Of a DNA stretch of 64,000 nucleotides, positions 45,126 to 54,950 are shown piece after piece. Below the pieces are notes generated by a model. That model was not told where the DNA came from. It ran no database searches and saw only the letters and a program-made list of their open reading frames with translations. The stretch lies in IMG/VR virus record IMGVR_UViG_3300022928_000019, positions 8,884 through 72,883 of that record; one strand, given 5' to 3'. The DNA comes from a virus. The translations under genes and the position numbers were made by a program. How positions within the stretch are numbered: position 1 is the first letter of the stretch; each line of letters opens with the position of its first letter.

Positions 45126-45365
45126 ATGTCAGTATTGGAGAATCAAAATATGAAGGATGAAGATATTCTAAATCAGGTCGAACCAAAACTTAAAGAGTAC
45201 TATTCAACATTTCTGTTAGTTGGATTTAAAGCAGACGATGGTGAGATTAGTTGCATCGGAGACATGGGTTGTCCTAAGGAAAAATTTAACGAAAATCTTA
45301 AGCTAAGACCTTTGCATCGACAGATAGCTAGAATGATTAAAAGAGAAAATGAGAAAAATACGTAA
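45126..45365 (+). CDS. Hypothetical protein
   Basis: Start likely at 45126 or 45150; overlaps the next ORF. Confidence 0.5.
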   Translation: MSVLENQNMKDEDILNQVEPKLKEYYSTFLLVGFKADDGEISCIGDMGCPKEKFNENLKLRPLHRQIARMIKRENEKNT

Positions 45366-45741
45366 AGGCTGGGCATGCTTTGACGAGTTTCCACCGATAT
45401 TCGTAAGGCTTTTAGCACGAGAAAAGATTCGCAACAAGAACGGAAAAACTAGTGCAGTTAGAGTTCTCACTGATGAAGAAATTGCGATCAATTCAGGCAT
45501 GGATCTATTTGATGTTCAATCTATCTCACAGATGCACGACTGGTCTGATATAAGCGTTGGTGAGGCTAAAAGGTTTTGCCAAGGCTGCAACTTCGATTTA
45601 TTTGACTGGCAAGTGAGAAATGGTGCTTATGCATTAGCTTCAAATGGAAGCTTTGCGTATCTTCGAAGTAGTCCTGATTGGATTAAAAAATATAAACCAA
45701 TGCTAATGTCATTTTTCAATGCCCAGACGAAAAAAGTATAG
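45349..45741 (+). CDS. Hypothetical protein (possible HTH)
   Basis: LTDEEIAINSG...VQSIS. Confidence 0.5.
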   Translation: MRKIRKGWACFDEFPPIFVRLLAREKIRNKNGKTSAVRVLTDEEIAINSGMDLFDVQSISQMHDWSDISVGEAKRFCQGCNFDLFDWQVRNGAYALASNGSFAYLRSSPDWIKKYKPMLMSFFNAQTKKV

Positions 45742-46387
45742 TACCGAGGAGTTAGCTACTGCGATGCGACGTCATGACGGCAACTATGCCGATGCAGCTA
45801 AAGAGTTAGGCATGACTGAGGGGAATATGCGAGAGCGTGTTCGTAAGGATCCAAGGGTTAAAAGTATTTGGCAAGTAGCCGGGAACCAAGGACACGAGCC
45901 TTCCGATGTTGAACTTATGGTCAGGAAAGACCCTCCACCTGCGCCAGACCACAAAGAGTTTCTAGGAGCATTAAAGGAAAATGGTAAGGAAGAGTTCATG
46001 GGTGAACTCGAGACAATGCTTAGGAACCCTGAGAACATTGAGAAGTTAAAAGTATTTCAGAACCTGAAGGGTGGCATCGGGCAACTAATGTCTAATGCCT
46101 TGGATGTAACTCAGAAAATAGCCATTCGACAGAATATGGCTTTATTTGAAGTAGGGGAAAAGCTACGAGACGATATTTCTAGTGGGATATTGGATCCCGA
46201 GGAGGAGATATTAAGGACTAAGCTATTTCTGCAGACGACCGAGCAACAAGGTAAATTTTACGACAGGTTACTTCATGGTTTAGACTTGATGATTAAAATG
46301 TCAGAAAGGGATAAAGTTAAAGAAAAGAAAAAGCCTGGATTCAGACCTTTGAAGGAGATGCAAAGTGCCGAGGCTAAAGAAGATTGA
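45719..46387 (+). CDS. Putative terminase small subunit
   Basis: N-terminal HTH (GNYADAAKELG); overlaps the large terminase gene. Confidence 0.6.
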   Translation: MPRRKKYSTEELATAMRRHDGNYADAAKELGMTEGNMRERVRKDPRVKSIWQVAGNQGHEPSDVELMVRKDPPPAPDHKEFLGALKENGKEEFMGELETMLRNPENIEKLKVFQNLKGGIGQLMSNALDVTQKIAIRQNMALFEVGEKLRDDISSGILDPEEEILRTKLFLQTTEQQGKFYDRLLHGLDLMIKMSERDKVKEKKKPGFRPLKEMQSAEAKED

Positions 46388-47903
46388 TCCTAAAGCTTTC
46401 CTCGATGCCTTTACCGAGGATGAAGAGGTTGGAGCAGAAGAAGAAATATGGTCTCCTTCTTTGTCGGGATCCCAAAGTGAACTTTTTAATTCTACATCAA
46501 AGTACATTTTAGCGTATGGAGAACGTGCTTCGGGTAAGACTTTTGTATTGGGTGGGCATAAGCTTGTTAGGCATTGCTACGAAAACTTTAATGCCTTGGC
46601 ACTAATTATAGTTGGAGTTAAGTCACAAGCCACACAGGGTGGAGTTTGGCACAAATTGCAGACCGAAGTACTACCCGAGTGGAAAGAGGGTTTAGGGATA
46701 GACTATACAGACGAAAAGATGGACTTACAGAAAGCTCCATATATTGATATTCAGAATCGATATGGTGGTTGGTCGAGGATAAGTCTTATGTCTGCTCCAT
46801 TCGGGACAATGCTTATTGACCGGATCAAAGGTTTTGAACCTAGTTATGTCTTTGTCGATGAGCTTACTAACCTAGATTCTCCCTCTTACTTCGAGGCTGT
46901 GGTTCAACAACTTGGTCGTAGGCAAGGCATTGAGGGAATCCAACAGTATTGCGCTGCATGCAACCCTGACGGGCCAAGTCATTGGGTGTATAAAAGATTC
47001 TTTGAATCACCGCTAGACGATGAAGGTAATTATAATCACGATTATCATGTAGTACATGTAAAGATAGCAGAGAACGAAAAAAACCTTCCTGAGGGTTATT
47101 ACTCGCGAGTAATGCAGGCTGTTTCAAATGACCCAATCGAGGCGAAAAGGATGCTAGAGGGTGAATGGATAGATAGACCATCGGGCGATGCTTTATTAGC
47201 TCCCTACTTTTCGAAACCTCTTCATGTTAAGGGAGATGCAAAATCAGGCATAATCCCTAACCCTAGTTTCCCTATAATAATTGGATATGACCCAGGCTCA
47301 GTAAATAATGCTATGGTGTTTATGCAGTGCCTAATTGGTAAGGAAAAAAGCATGTGGATAGTGTTCGATGAATTGATTTTTATTAATCAAAAGATTCCTT
47401 ACACGAAAATTGTTCCGTATTTGTACCGGAAGATGAAATACTGGAATAATTTGGTGGGTACAGACTTCAAATACATCCACATCTCAGACAACTCTGCATT
47501 CAATCAGTATCGTGCAAAGACAGGCTCTTATGACGTGAAGGACTTTGAGGATATATCTAAGGAGAAATGTGAAGTGTTCGGCTTGGAGCCTATTCGAATG
47601 AAGGCAGCACCAAAGTTTTCGGGGTCTGTTGAGGGCCGAGTACGGCTACTAATATCAAAGTTAGTTCAGGAGGAAATTGTATTTTCTGCACAATGCACGG
47701 ATGTAATCAAGAGTGTAAGGAATCTTTCTTCTGATAAGAGTAAAGATGGCAAATACGATCCTAGCTTGGCTATGAAGCCAAAGAGAAGTGTATACATTCA
47801 TTCATTTGATGCGCTGACCTATCCCATTATGTTTTATGATGTTAAGACAACTATGCCTACGCCCAATGTAAGGACATCCTCAATAATAGAAATAAATGCT
47901 TGA
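46365..47903 (+). CDS. terL: Terminase large subunit
   Basis: YGERASGKT, VFVDE, ACNP, IIGYDPG, HSFDALTY. Confidence 0.9.
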   Translation: MPRLKKIDPKAFLDAFTEDEEVGAEEEIWSPSLSGSQSELFNSTSKYILAYGERASGKTFVLGGHKLVRHCYENFNALALIIVGVKSQATQGGVWHKLQTEVLPEWKEGLGIDYTDEKMDLQKAPYIDIQNRYGGWSRISLMSAPFGTMLIDRIKGFEPSYVFVDELTNLDSPSYFEAVVQQLGRRQGIEGIQQYCAACNPDGPSHWVYKRFFESPLDDEGNYNHDYHVVHVKIAENEKNLPEGYYSRVMQAVSNDPIEAKRMLEGEWIDRPSGDALLAPYFSKPLHVKGDAKSGIIPNPSFPIIIGYDPGSVNNAMVFMQCLIGKEKSMWIVFDELIFINQKIPYTKIVPYLYRKMKYWNNLVGTDFKYIHISDNSAFNQYRAKTGSYDVKDFEDISKEKCEVFGLEPIRMKAAPKFSGSVEGRVRLLISKLVQEEIVFSAQCTDVIKSVRNLSSDKSKDGKYDPSLAMKPKRSVYIHSFDALTYPIMFYDVKTTMPTPNVRTSSIIEINA

Positions 47904-47909
47904 CCTTTT

Positions 47910-47931
47910 GTAACCCAAAAGATTAAGTAAC
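47910..47931 (+). promoter_or_regulatory. 22-bp junction motif copy
   Basis: GTAACCCA-AAAGAT-TAAGTAAC, 3 nt before ATG 47935. Confidence 0.65.
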
Positions 47932-47934
47932 ACT

Positions 47935-48135
47935 ATGCCGATTATTACTATTACTGGAGAATTAGACGAAGAGGCAATTAATGCGCTTCCTTCATTAGAG
48001 CATAATGACAATATTACAATTACTTTGACTGCTAATGTGGATGGAAAGGTAACAACTGAGGCTGGAACTATAGAGTCTTACATAATCGGGCAAGCAGGTG
48101 CAGAATTCTCAGTCGATAACATAACCGTAAATTAA
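47935..48135 (+). CDS. Hypothetical protein
   Basis: 66 aa. Confidence 0.55.
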   Translation: MPIITITGELDEEAINALPSLEHNDNITITLTANVDGKVTTEAGTIESYIIGQAGAEFSVDNITVN

Positions 48136-48136
48136 G

Positions 48137-48412
48137 ATGCAAGACTTAGTACAATTGAATATATCCGAACCTGAAGTCTCTGAATTATTTGAGGGAATTT
48201 CAGCAGGAAGTAAAGTAAAGCTTACCCTCGAAGTTACGGTTTCAGAGTTAGATGACGAAAGGTTCATTGCTACTATCGATGAAGTCCATGACAATGTGAG
48301 TTCAGAAGACGATATCGAAATGGAAGATGAGGATGATTACGAGGATGATGACGAGGATGATGACGAGGATGATGAGTACGAAGAGGAAGAGGACGAAGAA
48401 GAGGAGTCTTGA
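48137..48412 (+). CDS. Hypothetical protein with poly-D/E tail
   Basis: 91 aa. Confidence 0.6.
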   Translation: MQDLVQLNISEPEVSELFEGISAGSKVKLTLEVTVSELDDERFIATIDEVHDNVSSEDDIEMEDEDDYEDDDEDDDEDDEYEEEEDEEEES

Positions 48413-48740
48413 TAAGTACTCTCCTGCAAGTCTAATAATCAAAGCTCATTATAACGAGGTTGGAGTAAACAAGGTTTGGAACCGAAATCGTATACAGAGG
48501 TTAATAGGATACCTCCGTATCACAGAGGAGGAACTAGTATCTTTACTGAACTCAAACATATCTGCCTTCAAGGCCTCTTATCTAAGAGGCTCAGTTACTG
48601 GCCCCTGTGCATTACTCCTAACAGTCTTAGAAGCCACATACATGAGTGAGTTCATAAAGGACTCAATTCCAGACATATTTAACTTTTATGGTACATCCCG
48701 ACATACTCAAAAAGACAGGCACGACACAGCAGCGCCTTAG
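48372..48740 (+). CDS. Hypothetical protein
   Basis: Last in-frame ATG at 48372; upstream extension is the shadow of the acidic repeat. Confidence 0.5.
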   Translation: MSTKRKRTKKRSLDKYSPASLIIKAHYNEVGVNKVWNRNRIQRLIGYLRITEEELVSLLNSNISAFKASYLRGSVTGPCALLLTVLEATYMSEFIKDSIPDIFNFYGTSRHTQKDRHDTAAP

Positions 48741-50997
48741 GGAAGTTTTTACCTGCAAAAAGTCAGACTCCAAGGATTGGAAGATCAAGGAGAGATTGAC
48801 TGATTTAGTACGCAGTCGTGTACATGAGGGCATTTATCATTCATGTAAAAATCACTCTCTGTACCTAGCAGTCGATTTAGCATGGGACTCTCTTCCTATT
48901 AATAAGTTTTCGATTCCGTTATTACAGTACGCACAGGGAAAAATAAATATTCAGCAGTGTGCCACAAAGCTAGATGGAATAGATCCCGAACTTGCTGAGC
49001 AGTATACTACATATGATGATGAGGGGACAGTTAAAGATATTAACTTACTTCGTCTGTATGAGGTGACTGTAAATATTATTCGGTCGTACATAACGCGGCG
49101 AGTTGCTGCGCAAGTTAGTAGGTTCAGCAATCTATATCCTTACCTTAAATTCGATGCAAGAGGTACAGACACTCCATCTAAGGTTAGGGCAGAAGTATTG
49201 TCACAACGCGTAGAGATGATGACCGAACAGTTCGGATTTAGAACAAAGTTCGAGCAGGCTATAAGATCTATGTTTATGTATGGCTATGCGATTATGTTTC
49301 CGTCTGAGCCTTGGACTAGGAAAGTTCAGTGGCGTGAAGATGAGGATGGGGACTTAGAAAGCTATGTTGAGAAAGAGGGTATACACTTTGATTTGCCACA
49401 TCCTACTAGAACATTTTGGGATAACTCAGAGCCGATCTCTGCTATAAATACTGATCTTGGCCCTAATTGGATTGGATATTGGGATATCGTAAGGTTTTCC
49501 GATGTGAGGGATGATGCAGCATATTGGAATCTAGACGACATTGCTTACACCAATAGCTTGCATGGCTTAGTTAATTCATACAAGGATTTCTTTGATTACT
49601 ACTTTGATGGATCTGTTTTAGCTTTTCCAAAGAAGACAGATTGGTTTCCATTTAATAACGACAGGACTTCTAGTAAGGGAATTTATGCTGGGGAGGATGA
49701 AGATAAAGCAATGTTTGTTTCTACTATCTTCATGAGGCTTAACCCTAAAGCAGAAGGATTAGGAGACTACCCATTTGATTGTTGGCTCAAGCTAGTCGTA
49801 GCTAGTGATGAAACAATTATCTATGCAGAATGGATGCCTTCTCTACCTGCTATTTATGGAGGCATCAATCAAAACGATGACCGAATGGCTAATTGCTCTT
49901 TTGCTCATGACCTGATGCCATTCCAAGATCAGCTTAATAATATAGTATATTCTATGCTGCATCACATGAAGGTTTCAATGTTTAAGGTCATGATGATTGA
50001 TCAAGATGCCTTAGATCCAGATGTTCAGGAGTACCTGCAAGATTCACTAGCAGAAGACACATTCTACCAAAAGCCTAAGGCTGTATTTTATTCAGGTGCT
50101 AGGGCAGCTGACTTAGGCATAGATACTAAGAATATTCTTACCGTGGTAGACGCATCCAACGAGTTATCACAGGGTATAAACAATTCACTGAACTCTTTGT
50201 TTCAGCTTTTGAGCTTAGTTGAGAAGCTAATGATTCTGTCTCCTCAAGAATTAGGTCAGACAGCTGAGCGTGAAATATCAGCCACAGAAGTCTCGGAAAT
50301 TGCTAATAGTACAAATGCAATTTACTCCTTTATATCTCAAGGCATTGATGACATGCGCGCTGCAGCAAAGAAGATGATCTACGAGCATCTTGTTACCTGT
50401 TCTACAACAGAGTTCAATGTTCCTGTTAAAAAGAGATTCACTTTAGCTTCCATAACAGAAGCAGGTTTAGAGATAGAAGATACTGGGGATCAAGATGAGA
50501 ATCCCAAAGGCAGAAACATTATAGGATTACCGAGCAACCTCGTACACGAGTATTTATTTACAAGTCGAGACGGATCGGAGCGGACACAAAACATACAGGC
50601 AGCAGGAGCATTGACTCAGTTATTCCAGCAGATTATGTCGGTTCAGCCTATTGCTGAGGCTTTGGGCAAGGAGCGTATGTTTGAAATGCTGAATGAGATT
50701 TTTAGAATGTCGGGTGCTGGGTATGATCTAAACTTAGAGATGGATGAGGCAGACGAGGCTGAAGAATTAAGCATGCAGGACGAGCAATTTATGGCTGAGC
50801 TTAAGGTTAAAATGCCACAGATTGAGCAAATGCTCATGATGTTATCTCAACAAATAGGAGGTCAACCAGGTCAACCAGGTCAACCAGGTCAACCAGCTCC
50901 AGGAGGAGAAGGTATGCCTATGCCTATGCCTATGCCACAGGGTGAACCGATGCCGGCTGAAGGGCAAGCTCCCCCACCCGAGCAAGCACCAGTTTAA
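48688..50997 (+). CDS. Portal protein
   Basis: Size and position after terL; QDQLNN and SATEV motifs; Pro/Gln-rich tail. Confidence 0.75.
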   Translation: MVHPDILKKTGTTQQRLREVFTCKKSDSKDWKIKERLTDLVRSRVHEGIYHSCKNHSLYLAVDLAWDSLPINKFSIPLLQYAQGKINIQQCATKLDGIDPELAEQYTTYDDEGTVKDINLLRLYEVTVNIIRSYITRRVAAQVSRFSNLYPYLKFDARGTDTPSKVRAEVLSQRVEMMTEQFGFRTKFEQAIRSMFMYGYAIMFPSEPWTRKVQWREDEDGDLESYVEKEGIHFDLPHPTRTFWDNSEPISAINTDLGPNWIGYWDIVRFSDVRDDAAYWNLDDIAYTNSLHGLVNSYKDFFDYYFDGSVLAFPKKTDWFPFNNDRTSSKGIYAGEDEDKAMFVSTIFMRLNPKAEGLGDYPFDCWLKLVVASDETIIYAEWMPSLPAIYGGINQNDDRMANCSFAHDLMPFQDQLNNIVYSMLHHMKVSMFKVMMIDQDALDPDVQEYLQDSLAEDTFYQKPKAVFYSGARAADLGIDTKNILTVVDASNELSQGINNSLNSLFQLLSLVEKLMILSPQELGQTAEREISATEVSEIANSTNAIYSFISQGIDDMRAAAKKMIYEHLVTCSTTEFNVPVKKRFTLASITEAGLEIEDTGDQDENPKGRNIIGLPSNLVHEYLFTSRDGSERTQNIQAAGALTQLFQQIMSVQPIAEALGKERMFEMLNEIFRMSGAGYDLNLEMDEADEAEELSMQDEQFMAELKVKMPQIEQMLMMLSQQIGGQPGQPGQPGQPAPGGEGMPMPMPMPQGEPMPAEGQAPPPEQAPV

Positions 50998-51000
50998 TTT

Positions 51001-52320
51001 ATGAGCGAAGAAAAGATTGAAGAACAAGTAGAGGAAACGCCAGCGGTAGATGCTCCTGAGGAAGAGTCTAGCAACCCAATTTTCGATGCCTTATTTAAGG
51101 CAGTTGAAGAAGAGGGTACTGAAGATGAGGCAGAGCAAGAATTTGTTCCACCGCAGTCTCTCCATGGTGCTTTACATGAACTTGAATCAGAAGAGCCATC
51201 TGAGCAATCGGAGCAATCAGAACCAGAACAACCAGAAGAATCTGCAGGCAAAGAAGTTCAGCAAGAGGCTTCATCTAGTCCAAAGAAGGTTAAACGAAAA
51301 AGAAGGGTAGTTGATCCTGTATTTGATAGTCCACATAAACGACCTACAAAGCAACCTACAGAACCACAAGATGACCTTACTGGTTTAAACTCAGATGAGC
51401 GTAAAAGATATGAATTGGCAAAGTGGGCTTCTGAAAACCTAGAAGGATACAAGAATAAGCATAAATCCTATCTTTCATTTTTTAGGAAGCACCAAGAGTT
51501 TCTTAATAAAAAGCTATCAGATGACCCCGAATCTGATTTATCTCAAGATAGTGAATATAGGAGTTTTTTGGTTCAGAATCAGCCAGCATTTAATGTTGAT
51601 GAGGTTAAGGATAAAAGAATTACAACAGAGGCAGAAAAGAAAGCTCTCGATAAACTTCAGCCAGAGCAACAAAAACTTGAGCGTCAGATCAAAGCCTTAA
51701 GGAATGAGCCTATTGCCAAAGAACTTAAAGCGAAAAAGAAGAAGCTAGTCTCTGATAATATCCCTAAGGAAGTAATGGATCTTTTTAGATCTAACCCCAA
51801 TTTTTCTAAGACACATGCTTTAGAAGCAAAGATTGTAGACCGTGTTCTTGGAGATGCTTATTCGATGATTGATGCATTTTATGATATATCTCATGAAATT
51901 GCAGATTATAATGAGAAAAATCCAGTTCATGTTAAGCTCTCGAAGTGGATCGATAATGAGCAGACAAACTACATTAATTCTGGTAAAACAAAAAAGGGAG
52001 GTCGTCTTTTTGTAAGAAGAGAAAGATTCCCAGGTGTCCCAGATGCAGAGAAGTCAAAGTATTATACATTTTCGGATGATGATGTTATGAAGCTTCTAGC
52101 AGCACGAGCAGGGCAAAGTGTTGATACTCAGATCAAAAAAACACTAAAGAATTTGCAAGAGTCTGGGTTCGTTAGGGGAAGTGGGGGCAAGGCAAGTCCT
52201 GCCCTTGAACCAAATCCATCTCCTTCGCCTAGGAGGTCACCTTCACCTAGACCTGGGCCTTCGGCGCCACAGGCTGAACCTAAATCTGACAACCCAGTGA
52301 TATCCCTTTTGGGACTATAG
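51001..52320 (+). CDS. Scaffolding protein
   Basis: Acidic/helical; lies between portal and capsid genes. Confidence 0.6.
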   Translation: MSEEKIEEQVEETPAVDAPEEESSNPIFDALFKAVEEEGTEDEAEQEFVPPQSLHGALHELESEEPSEQSEQSEPEQPEESAGKEVQQEASSSPKKVKRKRRVVDPVFDSPHKRPTKQPTEPQDDLTGLNSDERKRYELAKWASENLEGYKNKHKSYLSFFRKHQEFLNKKLSDDPESDLSQDSEYRSFLVQNQPAFNVDEVKDKRITTEAEKKALDKLQPEQQKLERQIKALRNEPIAKELKAKKKKLVSDNIPKEVMDLFRSNPNFSKTHALEAKIVDRVLGDAYSMIDAFYDISHEIADYNEKNPVHVKLSKWIDNEQTNYINSGKTKKGGRLFVRRERFPGVPDAEKSKYYTFSDDDVMKLLAARAGQSVDTQIKKTLKNLQESGFVRGSGGKASPALEPNPSPSPRRSPSPRPGPSAPQAEPKSDNPVISLLGL

Positions 52321-52428
52321 ATCGATCTTTTGGTAATCAATTAACAGCCATGCTTGCTGTGGATTTATAGAAAAATACCAAAAGATCAGTAGTTCAGCTT
52401 TTTTTGTAAAAGTTACGCTATTTTGAAT

Positions 52429-52450
52429 GTAACCAATTAATCTTAGTTAC
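52429..52450 (+). promoter_or_regulatory. 22-bp junction motif copy
   Basis: GTAACCAA-TTAATC-TTAGTTAC, 8 nt before the capsid ATG. Confidence 0.7.
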
Positions 52451-52458
52451 AAAACATT

Positions 52459-54321
52459 ATGGCAAACGAAATACAAAGTTCAGGACAATTTACTACTTCT
52501 GGTTATCAGAACACGCAGATGTCAGTACCAACTGCATCTAATGCTAGTTCTTTAATCCCGGGTGGTGGATCAGGTTACGAGGCACTTCCTCGTATTATTA
52601 AGGTAGATAGCTCAACAGGCTGCACCCTTACCAAGGCTCATGTTAAAGGTTTAACACCTGGCGAGTTCGAGGCACTTGGAAATAAGGAAGTTGACCTTGC
52701 TCGTGTTATTGCCTCTGCAGCTGAGGCTAAAACTCTTGGCGTTGAGGAGCGTGGACTCGCAACCTTGCTTACATCCTCTGTTCAGAATATTAAGCCTTTA
52801 ATAAATAAGCAGAATATCGCAGAACAATCGATTATTCTTCCTTATGTTCAGCGTCGTCAGCGTTCAGTTATCAATGCTAACTACTTTGCCGTAGAAGGAG
52901 GGCTTGCAGCAACTTCTTCAGATGCATATGATGCTTCTTTTAGCAGTCAATCTGGTGACTACAAAGTAACTGTTAACTTGGGTGGTTCTGATTGGGTAAC
53001 TCCTCTTCAGAATATTGAGCGTTACTTCCTCCCTGGTGGTTATGTTATCGTTAATCACTGGACAGCAGCAGGTGCTGTTCAAGAAGTACAGTTTATGATC
53101 GTTGGGGCTGCTAATGCAGATGCAGGTAGCATTGCTAAAGCAACTGTTATTCTTCGCCCTACTGGAAAAGATATCCCTGCATCGGCAGCATTCTCTACTC
53201 TTCCAGCTGGCGTTCAAGCAAAATGGCAGCCAACTGCAGGTATCCTTCAAACGATTGCCAACAATGTAAACGACTATGAGTCGTGGTGTCGTAACCAACC
53301 AACTGACCTGAGCGTACGTCTCTTGGTTAACTGGTTGCAAACCACTCGTGAATCTCGTGAGGTCAATGACTCTTACAAGAAGACCCTCGAGTCGATTATG
53401 TCTGGCAAGGTTAATCCTTATCTCTCTTCCATGGTCTATCAGCCGCTTCAAGAGCAAAACAAAATTGCTTCCAAGATTAGCCAAGATCAATGGACACGAT
53501 CCGTATGGTACAACCAAGCCATTAACGACGCTCAGAAACCTGAGACTTACATGAATCTTCCTGCGGTTACTGACCCAGAGGACACCAATTGTACACTCGA
53601 GTACAAAGCCAACGCACTTGGTATTAAGTCTCTGCTTCGTGAAGGTAATCGTATTAAGGACAATGCTGGAAATGCCCTTGACCTTGATTCTCTCTTCTCT
53701 GACTTGTACCATCTCAAGCGGAATCGTGAACAAGATGGTGATACTATCTCAACCATCGATGTCATGACTGACCGTTTGACTGCAGTCAAAATCTTTGAAG
53801 CTTTCAATTCTTACTACAAGCTTCGTTACGGTTGGGAAACTCAGCGTAATGCCAACATCAATCAAACGATTGAGCATAACGGCATCATACTTTTCAACTA
53901 CAATGTTTACGACATTCCTGATGTTGGAGTACAATTGGCAGTCTTCCATGACCCAATGTTCGATGACTTCTTGAATGTAAGTGCTGGGAAAAAGTATCTT
54001 CTCGATGGAACTCGTTCTGGGGACGATGTATTCAGTGGAGACGATGCAGGATTCTCTCAAGCTACAAGTCGTATGTTGTGGCTCGTTGACTGGTCTGACG
54101 TAAAGATCGGTATTGCTGGAACCAACAGCATTACTCGCACTCAACCTCATCCTGAAGTTGATCGCTTGTATAGCTGCCGTATGGACTCTGTGAAACGCAC
54201 ATTCAATCTGCGTTCTACAAAGTGGACTACCATGATGGATCGTCCCCACCGTCACCTCATCATCGAGAACATCTCCGATGAGGTACAGTTTACTATCGGC
54301 ACTACGACCCACAAGTTCTAA
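52459..54321 (+). CDS. Major capsid protein (putative)
   Basis: Position after scaffold; visibly different, high-expression-style codon use (CGT, AAC, TAC); followed by a terminator. Confidence 0.7.
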   Translation: MANEIQSSGQFTTSGYQNTQMSVPTASNASSLIPGGGSGYEALPRIIKVDSSTGCTLTKAHVKGLTPGEFEALGNKEVDLARVIASAAEAKTLGVEERGLATLLTSSVQNIKPLINKQNIAEQSIILPYVQRRQRSVINANYFAVEGGLAATSSDAYDASFSSQSGDYKVTVNLGGSDWVTPLQNIERYFLPGGYVIVNHWTAAGAVQEVQFMIVGAANADAGSIAKATVILRPTGKDIPASAAFSTLPAGVQAKWQPTAGILQTIANNVNDYESWCRNQPTDLSVRLLVNWLQTTRESREVNDSYKKTLESIMSGKVNPYLSSMVYQPLQEQNKIASKISQDQWTRSVWYNQAINDAQKPETYMNLPAVTDPEDTNCTLEYKANALGIKSLLREGNRIKDNAGNALDLDSLFSDLYHLKRNREQDGDTISTIDVMTDRLTAVKIFEAFNSYYKLRYGWETQRNANINQTIEHNGIILFNYNVYDIPDVGVQLAVFHDPMFDDFLNVSAGKKYLLDGTRSGDDVFSGDDAGFSQATSRMLWLVDWSDVKIGIAGTNSITRTQPHPEVDRLYSCRMDSVKRTFNLRSTKWTTMMDRPHRHLIIENISDEVQFTIGTTTHKF

Positions 54322-54356
54322 GCGCTAAGCCTCTCACATCTCACATCACTCATGAC

Positions 54357-54398
54357 GGTCGGGAGGCACTGCGTATGCGGGGCCTCCCGATCTATTTT
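54357..54398 (+). terminator. Terminator after the capsid gene
   Basis: GGTCGGGAGGC...GCCTCCCGATC then TATTTT. Confidence 0.65.
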
Positions 54399-54406
54399 AC
54401 AAAGAT

Positions 54407-54802
54407 ATGAAGTTACATTTTGAAAACGCAGATATTAAGTATAATGGATTTGATAGTTTTATCAGAGTCCAAGTAGGGGCTTCCTGGGAAGGCATTGCAG
54501 AGGTTGAAGATAAGCTTGGCAGTGACCTAGTTGAAATCCCTGGCGTAAGTGAGCTATCTGATTCTGATTGGGATTGGTATAAAAAAAAATCCGTAGAGGA
54601 TCCAGTAGCCTACCGTCAGTTCGGAGTAATCAAACAGGATTCAACTCAAAACCCAAATGCCGTGTATGCTCAGGAAGCTGGAAGTCCTACGGATACTCCT
54701 ACTTCGGGTGACAGTGAAGTCATTGAAGTAGAGGTAGAAGATGTAGCTCCACCTACTGCTGAGGAAGAACCACCTACTCCGAAAAGGAAAGGTAAGAAGT
54801 AA
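54407..54802 (+). CDS. Hypothetical head-associated protein
   Basis: 131 aa after the capsid gene; PKRKGKK tail. Confidence 0.55.
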   Translation: MKLHFENADIKYNGFDSFIRVQVGASWEGIAEVEDKLGSDLVEIPGVSELSDSDWDWYKKKSVEDPVAYRQFGVIKQDSTQNPNAVYAQEAGSPTDTPTSGDSEVIEVEVEDVAPPTAEEEPPTPKRKGKK

Positions 54803-54950
54803 TGGATCAGCACACTGCAGTCGGGACATTCGGCTGGGTTTGCTCTTGGGGTCTTGCTGAATTTCATTTGATTGCAGCTAGCTCTGCTGCAACACTTACA
54901 TGTGTCTACATGATACTGGCGATTAGATCCAAACTGAGGGATACTAAGTA

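Noticed and set aside
48327-48371. MTRM-repeat N-terminus
   Set aside because: Alternative-frame reading of the poly-Asp/Glu tail of the upstream gene.
52918-54312. Long antisense ORFs (271 and 187 aa) opposite the capsid gene
   Set aside because: Shadow ORFs expected from biased codon use; no motifs.
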